NCBI GenBank assembly: GCA_050084515.1
Contig: CM114271.1
Coordinates: 11,904,001-11,968,000, forward strand
DNA from: Blasia pusilla
Lineage: Eukaryota
DNA: 64,000 nt
Direction: 5' to 3'
The notes under the pieces are model-generated. The model was not told the DNA's origin, did no database searches, and saw only the letters and a program-made list of their open reading frames with translations. Position 1 is the stretch's first letter; every line of letters begins with the position of its first letter. Positions 25,761-38,275 of the stretch are shown here, in pieces. A program made the translations under genes and the position numbers.

Positions 25761-28130
25761 GATCCAAAGTCGTAATGGTGAAAATGTTCTCAAGCCGACT
25801 TCTTTAGTTCTTGACATTGTTTCCAACGTGTTGATTTCTGAGATGGACACTCCTACGTCTTTCGCCCGTTCGCCCGAGCACAATTTCGGTGTTCAAGATC
25901 CAGGATCTGTGGATCCATGCTCGATGGGTACACTTAGATAGTTTGTACAATTCCCGGAATTTACATGCAAGACAAGATACCCTTACTTCTGGGAGGAAGG
26001 GAAAAGTTTCAGCCCGATGCAACGCTCATCGAGCTCTGCTCAAGGCCGGGTGACTTGGTGTTCGACTTAGTGGGACTTTCGAGGGCAAGTATCAAAGGCG
26101 CTGGCAGAGTGGCAGAACATTCTGCCTCGAGGAAGGCAGAAACTGTTTGACCTTTGCAAGGAGGCAAAGGCATAATACGAAAGGCTCGTTGGGGCGTACA
26201 ACTCTCCACCGAAGCTGAGAGCTCCGGTTCCAGACCCACCCTTGGTAGTGACTCCATCGTCACTTCCAACGATTCCAAAAATCGGGAGGGCAAGGCCGAA
26301 AGTAATTTTGCAAGAGCTCTCGGACGATGACGAGTGAGTTCAAAGAACTCAAGGACCCAACTTGACTGCAGCGTTTGGAGTAGGAAGCTATTTGATGATG
26401 AGGCAAAAGATTTCATAGAATAGATCAAATGTACAGTTCCGAGCTTTTTTCGGATGATATAAAGGAGATGATTTTTTCGAACGATGGTGGTGCTTGTAAA
26501 AATTTGCTTAACAATTTTTTTCTTTTCGAATGCGATCGTCTATGAACTCCGCGGACTTCTATTTTGCAAACCGTCGGATTTCTCCTGCTTGCAAGTTTTC
26601 ACTTTTTGACGACAGCACCTTTTTACCACTTCCAGGCAACCTGTCGGATTCCGACAAGTTGCCTGATCGGACTCTTTCCCTGTTGGTCCAACTTAAGAGG
26701 TAGTCTGGCAGGCTTCTTCCCTTGGCACCTTCCCCTCAACTCGTAAAGGCAGGCGTAGGCTTCTTTTCTTCTCTCAGACGTGTTGGATTCCTACTACCTG
26801 TGCGATTGCCATAATGGTATTACCGGGGACAGAGCACATATTGATACTGGATGGGTGTCACATTGCAGAGCGTACAAGGTATACTGCCGAGGAAGGCGGT
26901 GGGACTCGAATCAGGTAACATGGGACCGTTATGGTGTACCTAGGGGGGGGCCAAGGCTCTCGAATTCGCCAACATTTTCGATCCCCGTCTATAATCAGCC
27001 AAAGGAGCCACTTGTATCCCAGGACATTCCTTTGGTATTGTCACCAAGGATAGTTAGGAGTAAATTTGTAGATGACGAGGCTGAAGAAATCATAGACTAG
27101 GTCAAATGTACATTTCCAAAGTTCCTTCAGAGGTAATAAAGGACGAGTTTTTTCAACCCATAATGGTGTTTGTAAAAGTTTGCTCGAATATTTTTTTGGA
27201 CTTGTGGATTGTGTTCTTTTAGCTACTCAGAATTACAATTCTGCAACCCGTATGATTTCGACGGGTTGCAACTTTTTGCTTTTTGCCCACTGTAACTTTT
27301 TTTTTTACCATTTCGGGCAAGTCGCCGATTCCGATAGGTTGACTGCTTGAGTGATCGGACTCTATCCCGGTGAGACCAACTTCTGACGCATTGTGCGGCC
27401 CTCTTAACTTTTGGCTCGTTCCCCTATATTCGCCAAACCAGTTGTAGGCTTCTTTTCTTGTCTAAGATGTGCATGATTCCTTCTACCTGTCGGATTGCCA
27501 TTCCGGATTCCCAACCTGTTAGATCGTCGTGGGTGCAGGGTGGAAGAAAATCACTTCTAAAAATCTTTCCTTTCTTATGGTGAGCTTTCTTACGGGTTGG
27601 GAGGGGTGCAGCTTCTCGGTTTCTCAGCCTTAGGATCTGATGTGTTCACATTTCACAAAGTTGGTCTTGAGCAGACACCATTCATAACCAAGTTATGAAT
27701 AGATATGGGGCAATTACGGGGCAATTTAGGGGAGGCCATGATGCAAGCAACAATCCCTGCAAAAAGAAAGGTTGGCATCCGGGTGGTCCTCCAACAAAAA
27801 TACCAAGGGCACTGCTTTTTCTTGACCGAGACAGGGAATGTTAAGAAACTTAGGCTCACATGGAGAGTGATGGAAAAATGTTTGTAGTGGTCTTATGATG
27901 TCTCCTTTTTTCTCACCCCCATGAAAGAGAAGGTTTTTTTAGGGCCAAATGTGGACCACTAAATACTCTCTTTTAAAGATTTCATGAATTTGAAAGCAAA
28001 CAAAAATTTCAAATATGTCAAAAATTTTGAAGAGAGGAGGCGGATTTGGCCCTTTTTTTTTAAGAGAGACTCTCCTCTCTTCCTCTCTTCCTCTCCTCTC
28101 TTACTCTCTCCTGCCAGAATACCAGCCCCC

Positions 28131-30583
28131 CTTGGGGAAGACCCTCTTGGTCGAGCCCCATAAATAAATCTCACAGGAACCTGGCTCATACGTCCATCCC
28201 CGGACTGCCAACCAGGTCTATACGACGCTGTCTCAGTCCAATAGTCCATCTGAAAACCCATCAGGTATAATATTGCTCCTCCAACTAGTACATCATACGA
28301 CTCGGCCGATGTGACCACTGCACGTACTCCCAACCTGGACCTATCGATCGCATGATCAGGTCTCAATTGTATAGACAACTTCCCCTGTGTCATGAAATGA
28401 GACCTATCATTGGCTCCTCCAAGTGATGTTTGAATCTGGAATGGGCAAGGCTCAAGCTCTAACCTCCGAATACCCAAACCAATATATGTTGCCTTTCCCA
28501 ACATCAAAGGTTGGGCACCAGAGTCTAACAAGACTCTATCTAGTCTATACATCTGTCTTATAGGACTCACCAATCAGAATATCCCACTCCGGTTGTCCAA
28601 CATACAAACACCAGGTGTAAGCCTCTCACGATCAATGGCTCTTTGGGCTGGTAATGCATCCATCTTCGCCGCTGCTTCCTGCCAAGTAGCACTGGTACTC
28701 AATGCTATACTTGACATAGAGGGTTGCTCCACCGCAACACACTCATCCACCTCAGCACGTGTAGCAGTAACACTCTCACGTTCACACAACGTGGCTGCTA
28801 GCTGAAATACAACAGCTAAGTCAACTCCTAAGGCCATCAACTCAATGGCTAAAAATAGTGGGGATCCCAACACTGAATTTTCCATCCGCAATACTGCACT
28901 GGATGCTGCATCCGTGTCTACTACACACGATGTAGATGCCTCACTCCCCACTGTAGGCTCAATAGGCTGCGTAGGAACCATGGATGGCGTCCTCAGCACC
29001 TCAGACAACAAGAATGATTGGGGGAGCCTAGCCTACCTCCCAACCTCACCCCTATGTGGGTCCAACTCCACAGTAGCACCACGTGGCTCTGACACTCGAG
29101 TGGCTCCTCTAGTAACTGCAGATGATGCCTCAACCTGTATTGCACTCGCCATATAAGAGAGATCATCCCCTCCATAAGAGGTGGAAGCCCCTGCTCCCAA
29201 ACTTGCTCTATGCTGGATACCAGCCATAGTAGCCAACCTCTGCTCCAATTGCTCAATCTTGGCAACCATAGCTGACTCTGTCGTAGTGGTAGGGGAAGCC
29301 AACGTAGGCTCTCGAAACGCTGGGCCACCTATACCACCCCTACCACCTCTACCACCTCGGCCTCTCGGAGCTACTCCACCACGGCCGCGGCCTGATCTCA
29401 ACTCTGGATGAAGATCAAAGCAATGCTCTCGAGGATGACCTGGTCTCCCGCAATGATCACACTGAGTTGGGGTTGATTGAGGCCCATCCTCCAAAGTCCG
29501 TCTCCCATCCTCTTGGGGACAAAACCTCCTAAGATGATCACCTCCACATGTCCAACATGATTGTCCTTGTTGCGGGGCAGCAAATGAAGGCAATGGTCTT
29601 TGTGCAAGCGTCCCTCTAGGACCTAACTGAGGTCGTGTGGACCCCCCACGACTCCCACTACTACTACCACCACCACTACTACGAGAGTATGAGGTGGACT
29701 GTTGAACACGAGAAGAATTTGTTGAATCCCTACTGAATACTGATGTCACCATCCTCTCCTCCACCATATTAAGCTCAATCTTCTTAGATAGAGCAAACAC
29801 ATGGGCCAATGTGGGTGAATCATCACTCATAAGAGTAGCATCACGTACCCTATGGCGCAACTCTCTGTCCAAGATCCCATACCAAAACTGGACTGCCTGA
29901 GCCTCAGTCACACCCTAGGTTACTGAAATCAAGGATCGCATACGAGTGTATGCCTAACGAAGACTCTCACCAGTCTTTCAATCAAATTCCTGAAGACTCC
30001 TCAACTTCTCTGTCTTCACTCCCTAATAGATTTTCTTCAACCTCTTGAAGAACTCTACAAATGGGCTGAACGATAGTGGAGCACTAGTACCTCCACTGAA
30101 ACCCCCACTCCCACCACTCAAGCTCGTACTCCCACCACTCAATGTCGGGCTGGCTGACACAGTAAGAGCACTACTACCACTACCACCATGGGTGATAGAC
30201 ACATAGCCTGGAGACCAATATTGTCTCCATGCCTCAATCTCAGCAGCATGGTCCCTCCTAAACTCATGGTAATCATCCATGGGTGGTCCCTCCAAGTGCT
30301 AAAACAACCCCTTCCAAGCCAAGAAGGGTGTTAACAACGTGGCATTCCACAACATCTGCATATCACACCACGTATCAAACTCCTGAATGAAGTCCTCCAA
30401 CTCAATGGTGCCTACTGCACCCGAGTATTTTCGTGGGCCCTTCATGGCTCCATACATCCCGTCCATGTCCCAAATCAATTGATTTGCGACACTCGATAAC
30501 AATGTAGAAGACTTGGTGTTTGGAACACCCTCGTCCTCCTCTTCATCAACCGTCGGAAGTGGAAAAGGTAGCGGATACTTCAA
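28131..30583 (-). pseudogene. gag: Gypsy B gag (two CCHC knuckles, RGG tract) and aspartic protease
   Basis: CWTCGGDHLRRFC and CDHCGRPGHPREHC; LEDFIQEFDTWC; protease VLLDSGAQPLMLG...YDVLVG. Reading continues into the DNMT region once the 15765-28130 insertion is removed. Confidence 0.88.
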
Positions 30584-31912
30584 TCCACTCCGTATAAAAC
30601 CACCACTCTCCGCACCACGGTCCCAACCAGATCACCAGACAGCTCCGTGATGAGCAACGCCGATGCCGCACCACCACCAAATCACCACCACTAAGTAACC
30701 AAGTGACGTCGATGTAGTTGTACTATTCTAGCTCTACTAGCCATGGGTGTGGGCAACCTAACCGACCATCACCACAAGAAGCCTCCCAAAGCCTACTGGT
30801 CATCACTCCAATCTCACCGTGAGAGAAAAAAATATAGTCTGATTGGTCATCACTCCAACCTCACTACCGCTAACACACAGGAGTTAAACTACTCTGGAAA
30901 TCAGCGTCAGCCCTAAAAATGGGCGCGCAAGCAAGAAGCAACGATGGAGGGGATCCAAATATAGGAAGTCCAACGACAACCCTCCAATCGCAAATGGAAG
31001 AACTAAACGGAAATCAAGGTAACACAATCCACCAAATGTGGCGCCCCCTGAATCCACAGAACCAACCACATAATTCTAACGCAATAGTTACTCTGTCAGT
31101 GGTCGATGACGTGCTAGTTGCACTCGTAGCACCTGAAAATGTCACCTGCATGGAGAGGCCACACCGTACTATGCGCTAGAGCTCCATCAACCAAAAACCT
31201 GAGCTGCATAAAAGTGTCTAACACATCTCCAAATAACACCAAATGAGCTACACTAGTGTGTACATTGGCATAGTTAAGTACTCAGCAGTTAAGCATCTTC
31301 TAGGTAGAATAGCCCAAAGATGGGTGACCAGTTACGCAACACTCAACTCACAAATCCTGCAAAAACTTCCTCACGCCCAAGCAAGCAAGCTTGCTTGCTT
31401 GCTCCTTACTCCTTACTCGGCCTCTTACGCCCATTGGTCCCGAGCTACCACAAGTTGCCTCGAAATCTCGAAACGCCGACAAATGCTCAAGACATGCCCC
31501 TATCGCCACGCTTCTCTATGCTCCTCTATGGAGAGAGGCCCAACCAGGGCACCCCCAGTGGGATAGGAGTCTCCAACAATGGATGAGTCACCAACCAACC
31601 AGCCCCTCCGATCTGCTGTCCACCATAGCCAAACCTTGAGCTAGTCCGCAAAATTTCGACCAGAAATTACTCCACAAATCCTCAACCAAAATTTAATATG
31701 TTTCAACCAGAATTTAATTGGCCACCATAGCTACCTCTCCACAAAAAATCAGCTACAACCGAGCTATGTACTCCGAGCTAAAAATCAGACAAACTTGCTA
31801 TCCATACACCTCCAGAATTGCAAATCCGACAGCGCTTCCGCCCAGATTCATGCACACACAAATCTTCAACACTCTTTCACCACAACAGCAATCCGCTCCA
31901 CACACTCAACCA

Positions 31913-32951
31913 GAAGTCTCAAGACTCAGAACGAAGCTTAACGAAGCTTAACGAAGCTTAACGAAGCCTAACGAAGATGTACGAAGCTCTGTTTTTTAAG
32001 TGCTTCGCTACATAACGAAGCATCACGAAGAAAAGAAGAACGAAGTACTTCGCTCTTTAACGAAGCACGAAGTACGAAGCACAAGAAATAAGAACGAAGC
32101 ATGGAGTACTTCGTCCTCCTGAAGTCCAACGAAGCAAAGCTAAGAAGGACTGTGATTTCAAGAGACACATGTTAAAACAGTTAGACTAGGAAAGGGCACG
32201 ACCCTTTGTATCAAATTGGTAGTTAGAACAGTTTTGTATTGCGGATTGAGAGGAATCATAGGAAGAACTAAGAGAACCATAGATCAAGGTAGTTAAAAAC
32301 AGTAAAGAGACACTAGCTTCATCAAGAACGTTTCAAATCTTAGGCTCACTTCCACTCCGGAGAATATTTAAGAAGCAAAGCTGAAGTCATTATCATCATT
32401 CTCTTATGAAGTCCTTATGTTGTAGGAATGGTCCGAGCAAGAGAGTAGTACCCTCTCGAGCTTGTATACACTTTGAAGCTTTCTCGTTCTTGATGGAGTA
32501 GTAAAGCAGTCATTCATTCATTCTGATGTGCGATGCTTATGTCTGAGTATTCTTTTTGGGTCTGCAGAATGAGGAATGAATCAAGAGAACCTTTCTCATC
32601 AGTGAAATAATCAACATGAGTTGTAGGAAATCTGTTTGACAGAGAGTAACCTGCCGAGACGGATTGAGTTCCGAAAGTAGGAGAAGCCAGCTTCTGTGTT
32701 GAGATCTCTGTGAGGTTTCTTGATGTCGAGAGGAAAATCTACCTGAACATGCTGTCAATTCCACTAGAGAGAACCGAGAAAAGATCCTTTTGGTACTAAG
32801 AAATATCAGAAGATATTGATAAGACATTGAATATAACTCACACACCTTGTAACAGAATTGTAATTCCAAACTCTCTTTTCATCAAGCAATGATCCTCTTG
32901 GGGATCGAACTTACTAAATCGACTATAAAATAGAAACACTTGTAAATTACA
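31913..32951 (+). repeat. 5' LTR of element C (first ~190 bp missing)
   Basis: Matches ~42173-43206 and ends ...ATTACA. Confidence 0.9.
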
Positions 32952-32968
32952 TATAGCAAGAAACTTTT

Positions 32969-32986
32969 TGGCGTCGCTGCCGGGGA
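32969..32986 (+). promoter_or_regulatory. Primer-binding site (Athila-type TGGCGCCGTTGCCGGGGA-like, tRNA-Asp)
   Basis: TGGCGTCGCTGCCGGGGA downstream of the 5' LTR. Confidence 0.65.
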
Positions 32987-34245
32987 TCATATTCTTTGCT
33001 GAAAAGGGAGAGAGATACATGGGGAATCCGGGAGCGGGGAAAGAAGCCTCGTCTCTTGGAAGACCCAACCAGCTAGTGCTTACTGAAGACCATCTGATAT
33101 CTCTAGCTATTCCCCTCGAGAAAATGGATGAAAGAAGATAACAACAGATTTGCTGCATTGGTGCTAGAAAAGATAGAACAATTAATTAGCCTTGTCAATA
33201 AACCAGTCGCCGAACGGTGCTCAGCCCATGAACATGAGTTGTACTTGGTGATGACCCGGTACTTCTGTTTATGGGAAGAAAACCTGGCAGGAAGATTAAG
33301 AGCACCTGGCACACTTCTGTAGGCTTAGGAAGTAGAAACCTTTAATTTCCCCTCCATGGACCCCTACCTTTTTGCGACCGTGGGTGCGGAAGCAAGTTTC
33401 CGGATCCCAGAAGGGGCTCATGGAAGGCTCCCGGCCCTCTTCGCGAGATGAGCGAGCCGATAGAAGGAGTAAGCAACAAGAAGAGCACCCGACTTGGAGA
33501 CCTCCTGGGTTGTCTCCCAGTCTTTGTCTTCGCGCGAAGCCCAAGAGCAAGAAGAGAGACAGGAAAAAACTCTCCCCTACGTCCGTTGCCACTTCGCAGT
33601 CGGACGAAGAGTCAACCTGGGACCCTTTTGGAGAGTCGGGAGACGCGGGGCCAACCCAATCAACTAGAGCGGAGCCGCTACCTCCGCCCTCCCGAGCCTC
33701 CAGCCCGGGACCCAACAGCAGACCACTCCCCATGGCCAATACTAGGAAGACGTTGCTAAGGTACCCCACCTTTGCTGGGGGACGGCGAGATGATGTGGAC
33801 AACTTTGTGCTGGAATTTACCCATGTAGCCAAGGCAAATGGGGAAGGTTCACAAGAGGACTTATTGCGAGTCTTTCCGGGCCTGCTCAAGAAGCGAGCAA
33901 GCCAGTGGTATGAGGGTCTCGGAGCGGACGTCACGGAAACATGGAAGAGGGTATTGGAGTCCTTCCTACATGAGTTCCGCGACTTGGAGTTCGAGGACAG
34001 GCTTCTTACAAAGCTTCACGACCTGAAATGGAAAAAGAAGGAAACTCTCCGGGAGTACACACAGAGGTTTTGCAGCCTGGTGAATAAACTAGATCACACC
34101 ACTACCTCGCAACTGGTAGATTGGTTCGTGTCAAGACTGTCCAAGGAAATGGACCGGTACTGCCGGCGAGGCCAACGTGATTCCTTCGAAGCAATCATTG
34201 CCTCGGCAGAGGCTTACGAAGCCTCAGAGAAGTCTCGTAAAACAC

Positions 34246-34535
34246 GAAGACGGCGTCACCAACGTCGAGGTTCATCGCAAACTAGTGCTTCGTCAGAGGA
34301 CGAAGCGTCATCCACAGACACGGAATCCTCTGTGGGGGATACTTCGGAGTCCTCGGACTCGGAACAAGACGCAAAATCTAAACGGAAAGGGAAGACGGCG
34401 TCACCAACGTCGAGGTTCATCGCAAACTAGTGCTTCGTCAGAGGACGAAGCGTCCTCCACAGACACGGAATCCTCTGTGGGGGATACTTCGGAGTCCTCG
34501 GACTCGGAACAAGACGCAAAATCTAAACGGAAAGG
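34246..34535 (+). repeat. Tandem duplication, 2 x 145 bp, in gag
   Basis: 34246-34390 and 34391-34535 differ by one base that I can see. Confidence 0.9.
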
Positions 34536-37116
34536 AAAGAGCACGCGCCACCTAAACCCTAAAACCCGACCCACAAAACACCTTCCCCAGCGGTCCGAAA
34601 GTCCAGTAAGGGGGATAGCCAGGAAGGCCGGCAAGTCGGCCATGGAAGAGTTGAGTAAGCAAATGGCAGAACTGAAGGTACATCTGGCGGCCCAGAAGGA
34701 CCCCAGAAGACGGCCAGGTCTGATGAGGCCCAACATTTGGTGCAGTACCTACGGATCCCAAGGGCATACTGGATGTATGCCCTTGGGATCCGCAGGGATG
34801 TACGTTGGATCCAGGAAGATCCCACTACTGAAGAAGGGTGGTATGAACCCGAACAGTGGGAAGGATGCTATGCCATCCAAGCTGTACCACCCCCAAATCC
34901 CGGATGAAGTTGGATCACCCGATATGTACCTCCGGAATACGGGGAGCAGAGACCCTTGAGGCAGATTATGGGCGCGGCGGCCTTCACATCCCCCATAAAA
35001 AGGAACTGTTGTTATAATTGCGGTGCGGCTGACCATTGGGCTAATAATTTCCCAAACCCAAAGCGGCCAGTAGGACTCAATCCCTTGTGCGGGAATTGCA
35101 AGAAAGGCGGGCACACTGCAGTGGAATGCCCGGAGCCCAAGGTTCCACAGTTGTTGGTAAAATATGTCAACACTCCAGCAGCCCAACCAGAGTCCAAGAA
35201 TTATGTCAAGTCGAAAAAGCATCTACCAGTAGTGGATCTCTTCCGTATTGAAGTGGAAGACTTGGGAGCAACAGAGGTAGAGGTAGAGATTGAGGGGCAC
35301 ACCATTAAGAAGGTGCCCATTGACTCAGGAAGTGGAATTAACATTATGACAGAACAGAAAGCTCGGGCACTAGGATATACGGAGTACGAGCCCACCAAGA
35401 AGTACCTGCGGTTTGCGGATGAGTCCCGGAAGCGACCCCTCGGACAGCTCACTCAGATTCCGACCATGCTCGGGGGGGTGCTATTTCTGTTGGACTACTT
35501 AGTCTTGCAGCCCCTGACCACCACGAGCTATCCCTTGCTCATTGGACGACCCTGGTTGTATGGTGCGCGAGTGACGACGGATTGGAGGAGGCGACGTTTC
35601 ATGTTCCAAGCTCCGGACCAGGTCTCCAAGTGGCTCATCAAGTTGTCATGGAAATCACGACCGCCCCAAGGAGAAACGCCACCGACCGACGAGGGCTATA
35701 CATCAGACCAAGAGCAAACTACAGCTATAGAGTCCTCGTCCAATGTTTATTATTTAGAATGTTATGAAATAGACGAGGAGTCGATACCTAGCAAACCCGA
35801 GGAGAAGAAAAGCTGGGTCATAGCACATTCCAGTTTACAGAGAGTATGGTTCAAGAAAAGGACTACATACCCGTCTTAATTACAGATCAGAAGTCTTTAC
35901 GCCTCTCGGCGAATTTGTTGCCCACCGAACTCCTGAAGTATAAGAGATTATTGTTTGAGTATTTGGATGTGTTTGCATACTCCATGGATGAAATGACAGG
36001 CATTCCAGCACGGTATGGTGAACACAAAATTGACCTAAAAGAAGGTGCGGTCCCTGTACAAATGAGGCAATATCGCCTCAACCCGAAATACTCGTTACTA
36101 GTCAAGGACGAGATTGACCAGAGTCTCGGAGCAGGAATAATTTATCCACTGTTAAGTAGTGAGTGGGTGTCTCCCATTGTGATTGTATCCAAGAAACAAA
36201 CGGGAAAAATTAGAGTGTGCCAGGATTACCGGAAATTGAATGCGGCCACCTTAAAGGACCATCTCTACCTTTTTTTTGTGATATTTTGGATAAGGTTGCC
36301 GGCCACGAGCGTTATATTTTCTTGGATGGATACTCGGGTTATAACCAAGTATCCATACGAGAAAAAGATCGGCCCCTCACCACTTTCACCACGGATTGGG
36401 GAACGTTTGCGTACCGCGTGATGCCCTTTGGGTTGTGCAATGCCCGAGCTACCTTCCAACGAATGATGATCTCCATCTTCCAAGAGTATCTGCGGAAGTT
36501 TGTTGAAATTTTCTTGGACGATTTCTGTATCTTCAGTACAGAGGCCGAACACTTGGCGAAATTAGAATTAACCCTCGCACGTTGTCGTGAAGTGCACTTG
36601 TCCCTCCATCCGGAAAAATCGTATATTGCTATGAAACAAGGGATCTTGTTGGGACACAGAGTGTCGGCGCAAGGAATTGAGGTCAACGAGGCTAAGGTGG
36701 ATATTATCGTCGCATTGGAACCACCCACCAATCTCCGAGAATTGAGAGGATTCTTGGGACATGTCGGATACTATCGACGATTTATTAAAGATTATGCGGT
36801 AAAAGCAAGAGCTCTTACTGCATTACTTAAAAAATCTATCGAATGGGAGTGGAATCCAACTTGCCAAGCGGCATTTGATACTTTAAAAGGGGCATTGCAA
36901 ACAGCGCCTGTACTCCGGTCCCCTGATTGGACCAAACCCTTCCACGTATATATGGACACATCCTCGTTTGCCATTCGAGTGGTGCTCAGCCAACTAGATG
37001 ACAACAAACATGACTTTCCGGTTTACTACGCCGGACGGCAACTCTCTTCGGCGGAACAAAAATATACCACCACCGAACGAGAGGCGCTAGGCATGGTCTT
37101 CTCATGTAAAAAGTTT

Positions 37117-38275
37117 TGTGATACCCACAATTTTGTAATCTTGAAGAATATATCTTTTTATTCAACGAAGGCTCTTGTATATTATGATTTTGATTATGAT
37201 TATCTATTATTATGAAGAAGAATAAGTGAATCACCAAGCTCCGAAGACAAGGCAGAGAGATGAAGATCAAGGATTTGCTTTAGAGGAGAATCAAAAGTTG
37301 TAAAGAAGTATAAAGGATCAACGCGAAGCTCAGCGAAGCTTAACAAAGTCTAACGAAGCTCAACGAAGCTCTATATACGAAGAGCGAAGCACGAAGAACG
37401 AAGCACGAAGAAGAAGGAAGAACTTTGTCCTCCGAAAATTTAGCGCAGCGAAGCTCAGCATGATTGAGATTCGAACCAACACATAGTTTAAACAATTAGA
37501 CTAGGAAAGGGCGCGACCCTTTGTATCAAATTGGTAGTTAGGACGATTTTGTCGCTGGATTCATAGGGATCGAGGAAAAGCTAAGAGAACCATAGATCTA
37601 GGTAGTTCTGAGATATTGAAAAGACACACCCTTCATCAAGAACGCCGGATCATAGAAACGATCCTACTCTCGAGAATATTTAAGAAACAGATGAAGCTAT
37701 TAGCATCATTCGCTCATGAAGTCCTATATGTCAGAGGAATGGTCCGAGCAAGAGAGTTGTACCCTCTCGAGCTTGTAGATACTTTGAAGTCTTCCAATTC
37801 TTGATGGAGTAGTAAATCATTCATTCATTCATTCTCGATGTGCGATGCTTATGTCTGAATATTCTTTTGGGTCTCTAAGTGAAAGTGAAGAGTGAATCAA
37901 AGTGAACCTTTCTCATCAATGGAATAATCAATATAAAGTTGTATGAAATTGTTTGTGAGAGTAATCTGCCCTGACGGATTGAGTTCCAAAAGTAGGAGAA
38001 GCCAGCTTTATTCTTGAGGTCTCTGTGAGGTTCCGAGATGATGAGAGAACAAATTGCTTGAGCGTCCTTTAAACTCCACTTGAGAGAATTGAAGAAGAAA
38101 ACATAGGTACTAAGAAGGATCGGAAGTTGATACTGGAATATTACATTTGAATTACATAATCAATTACACTTTTACAACATAATCATCACTTTATACTCTC
38201 TTTTCATCCAACAATGATCCTCTTGGGGATCAAACTCTACAATTGACTGTAAATAAGAAACACTTAGACATTACA
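37117..38275 (+). mobile_element. Solo LTR of a family related to element C, inserted in its RNase H
   Basis: TGTGATACC...ATTACA with 5-bp TSD AGTTT (37112-37116, 38276-38280). Removal restores SCKKF|RHYLLGYEF. Confidence 0.92.

Larger units (their letters stand above)
21322..26337 (+). pseudogene. Spliced cargo gene: charged coiled-coil, ParB/Sulfiredoxin-like domain, helical region and beta-class N4C/N6A DNA methyltransferase-like domain (copy 1, internally inverted)
   Basis: IPLYRL...FFIWDGN (ParB-like). Intron 22512-23265 (AC|GTGAGT...GTGCAG|G). VDLLIADLPSG (DPPY-position motif), then an intron from ~25281, then GGREK...LIELCSRPGDLVFDLVGLS. Collinear with copy 2. Confidence 0.7.
15765..28130 (-). 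mobile_element. Large (~12.4 kb) non-TIR Mutator-like element, copy 1 (complete), with transposase and ParB-like/amino-MTase cargo gene
   Basis: Interrupts Gypsy B between ...GSSPR and VLAFVAGF... The right end ...CTGCCAGAATACCAGCCCCC recurs as the terminus of copy 2 at 53013. Collinear homology with 53013-64000. Confidence 0.85.
10821..31912 (-). mobile_element. Ty3/Gypsy LTR retrotransposon B carrying a C5-cytosine DNA methyltransferase and a PHD finger; interrupted by the 15765-28130 insertion; 5' LTR missing
   Basis: Collinear minus-strand gag (zinc knuckles), protease, DNMT, RT, RNase H remnant, integrase, PHD, PPT (~11402-11413) and 3' LTR. Confidence 0.9.

Noticed and set aside
14139-26337. 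Bacterial restriction-modification or plasmid partition locus (contamination)
   Set aside because: The C5-MTase is inside a Gypsy polyprotein, the ParB/MTase gene has GT-AG introns, and no ParA or restriction enzyme is visible.
15765-28130. Helitron, Crypton or DIRS identity for the TSD-less element
   Set aside because: No Rep/helicase, tyrosine recombinase or RT motifs, and no TC...CTRR ends. The enzyme motifs are MULE-type DDE.
31968-33312. ORFs duplicated at 31968/42209 and 32537/42778
   Set aside because: They lie within the LTRs and are duplicated only because the LTRs are; no protein motifs.
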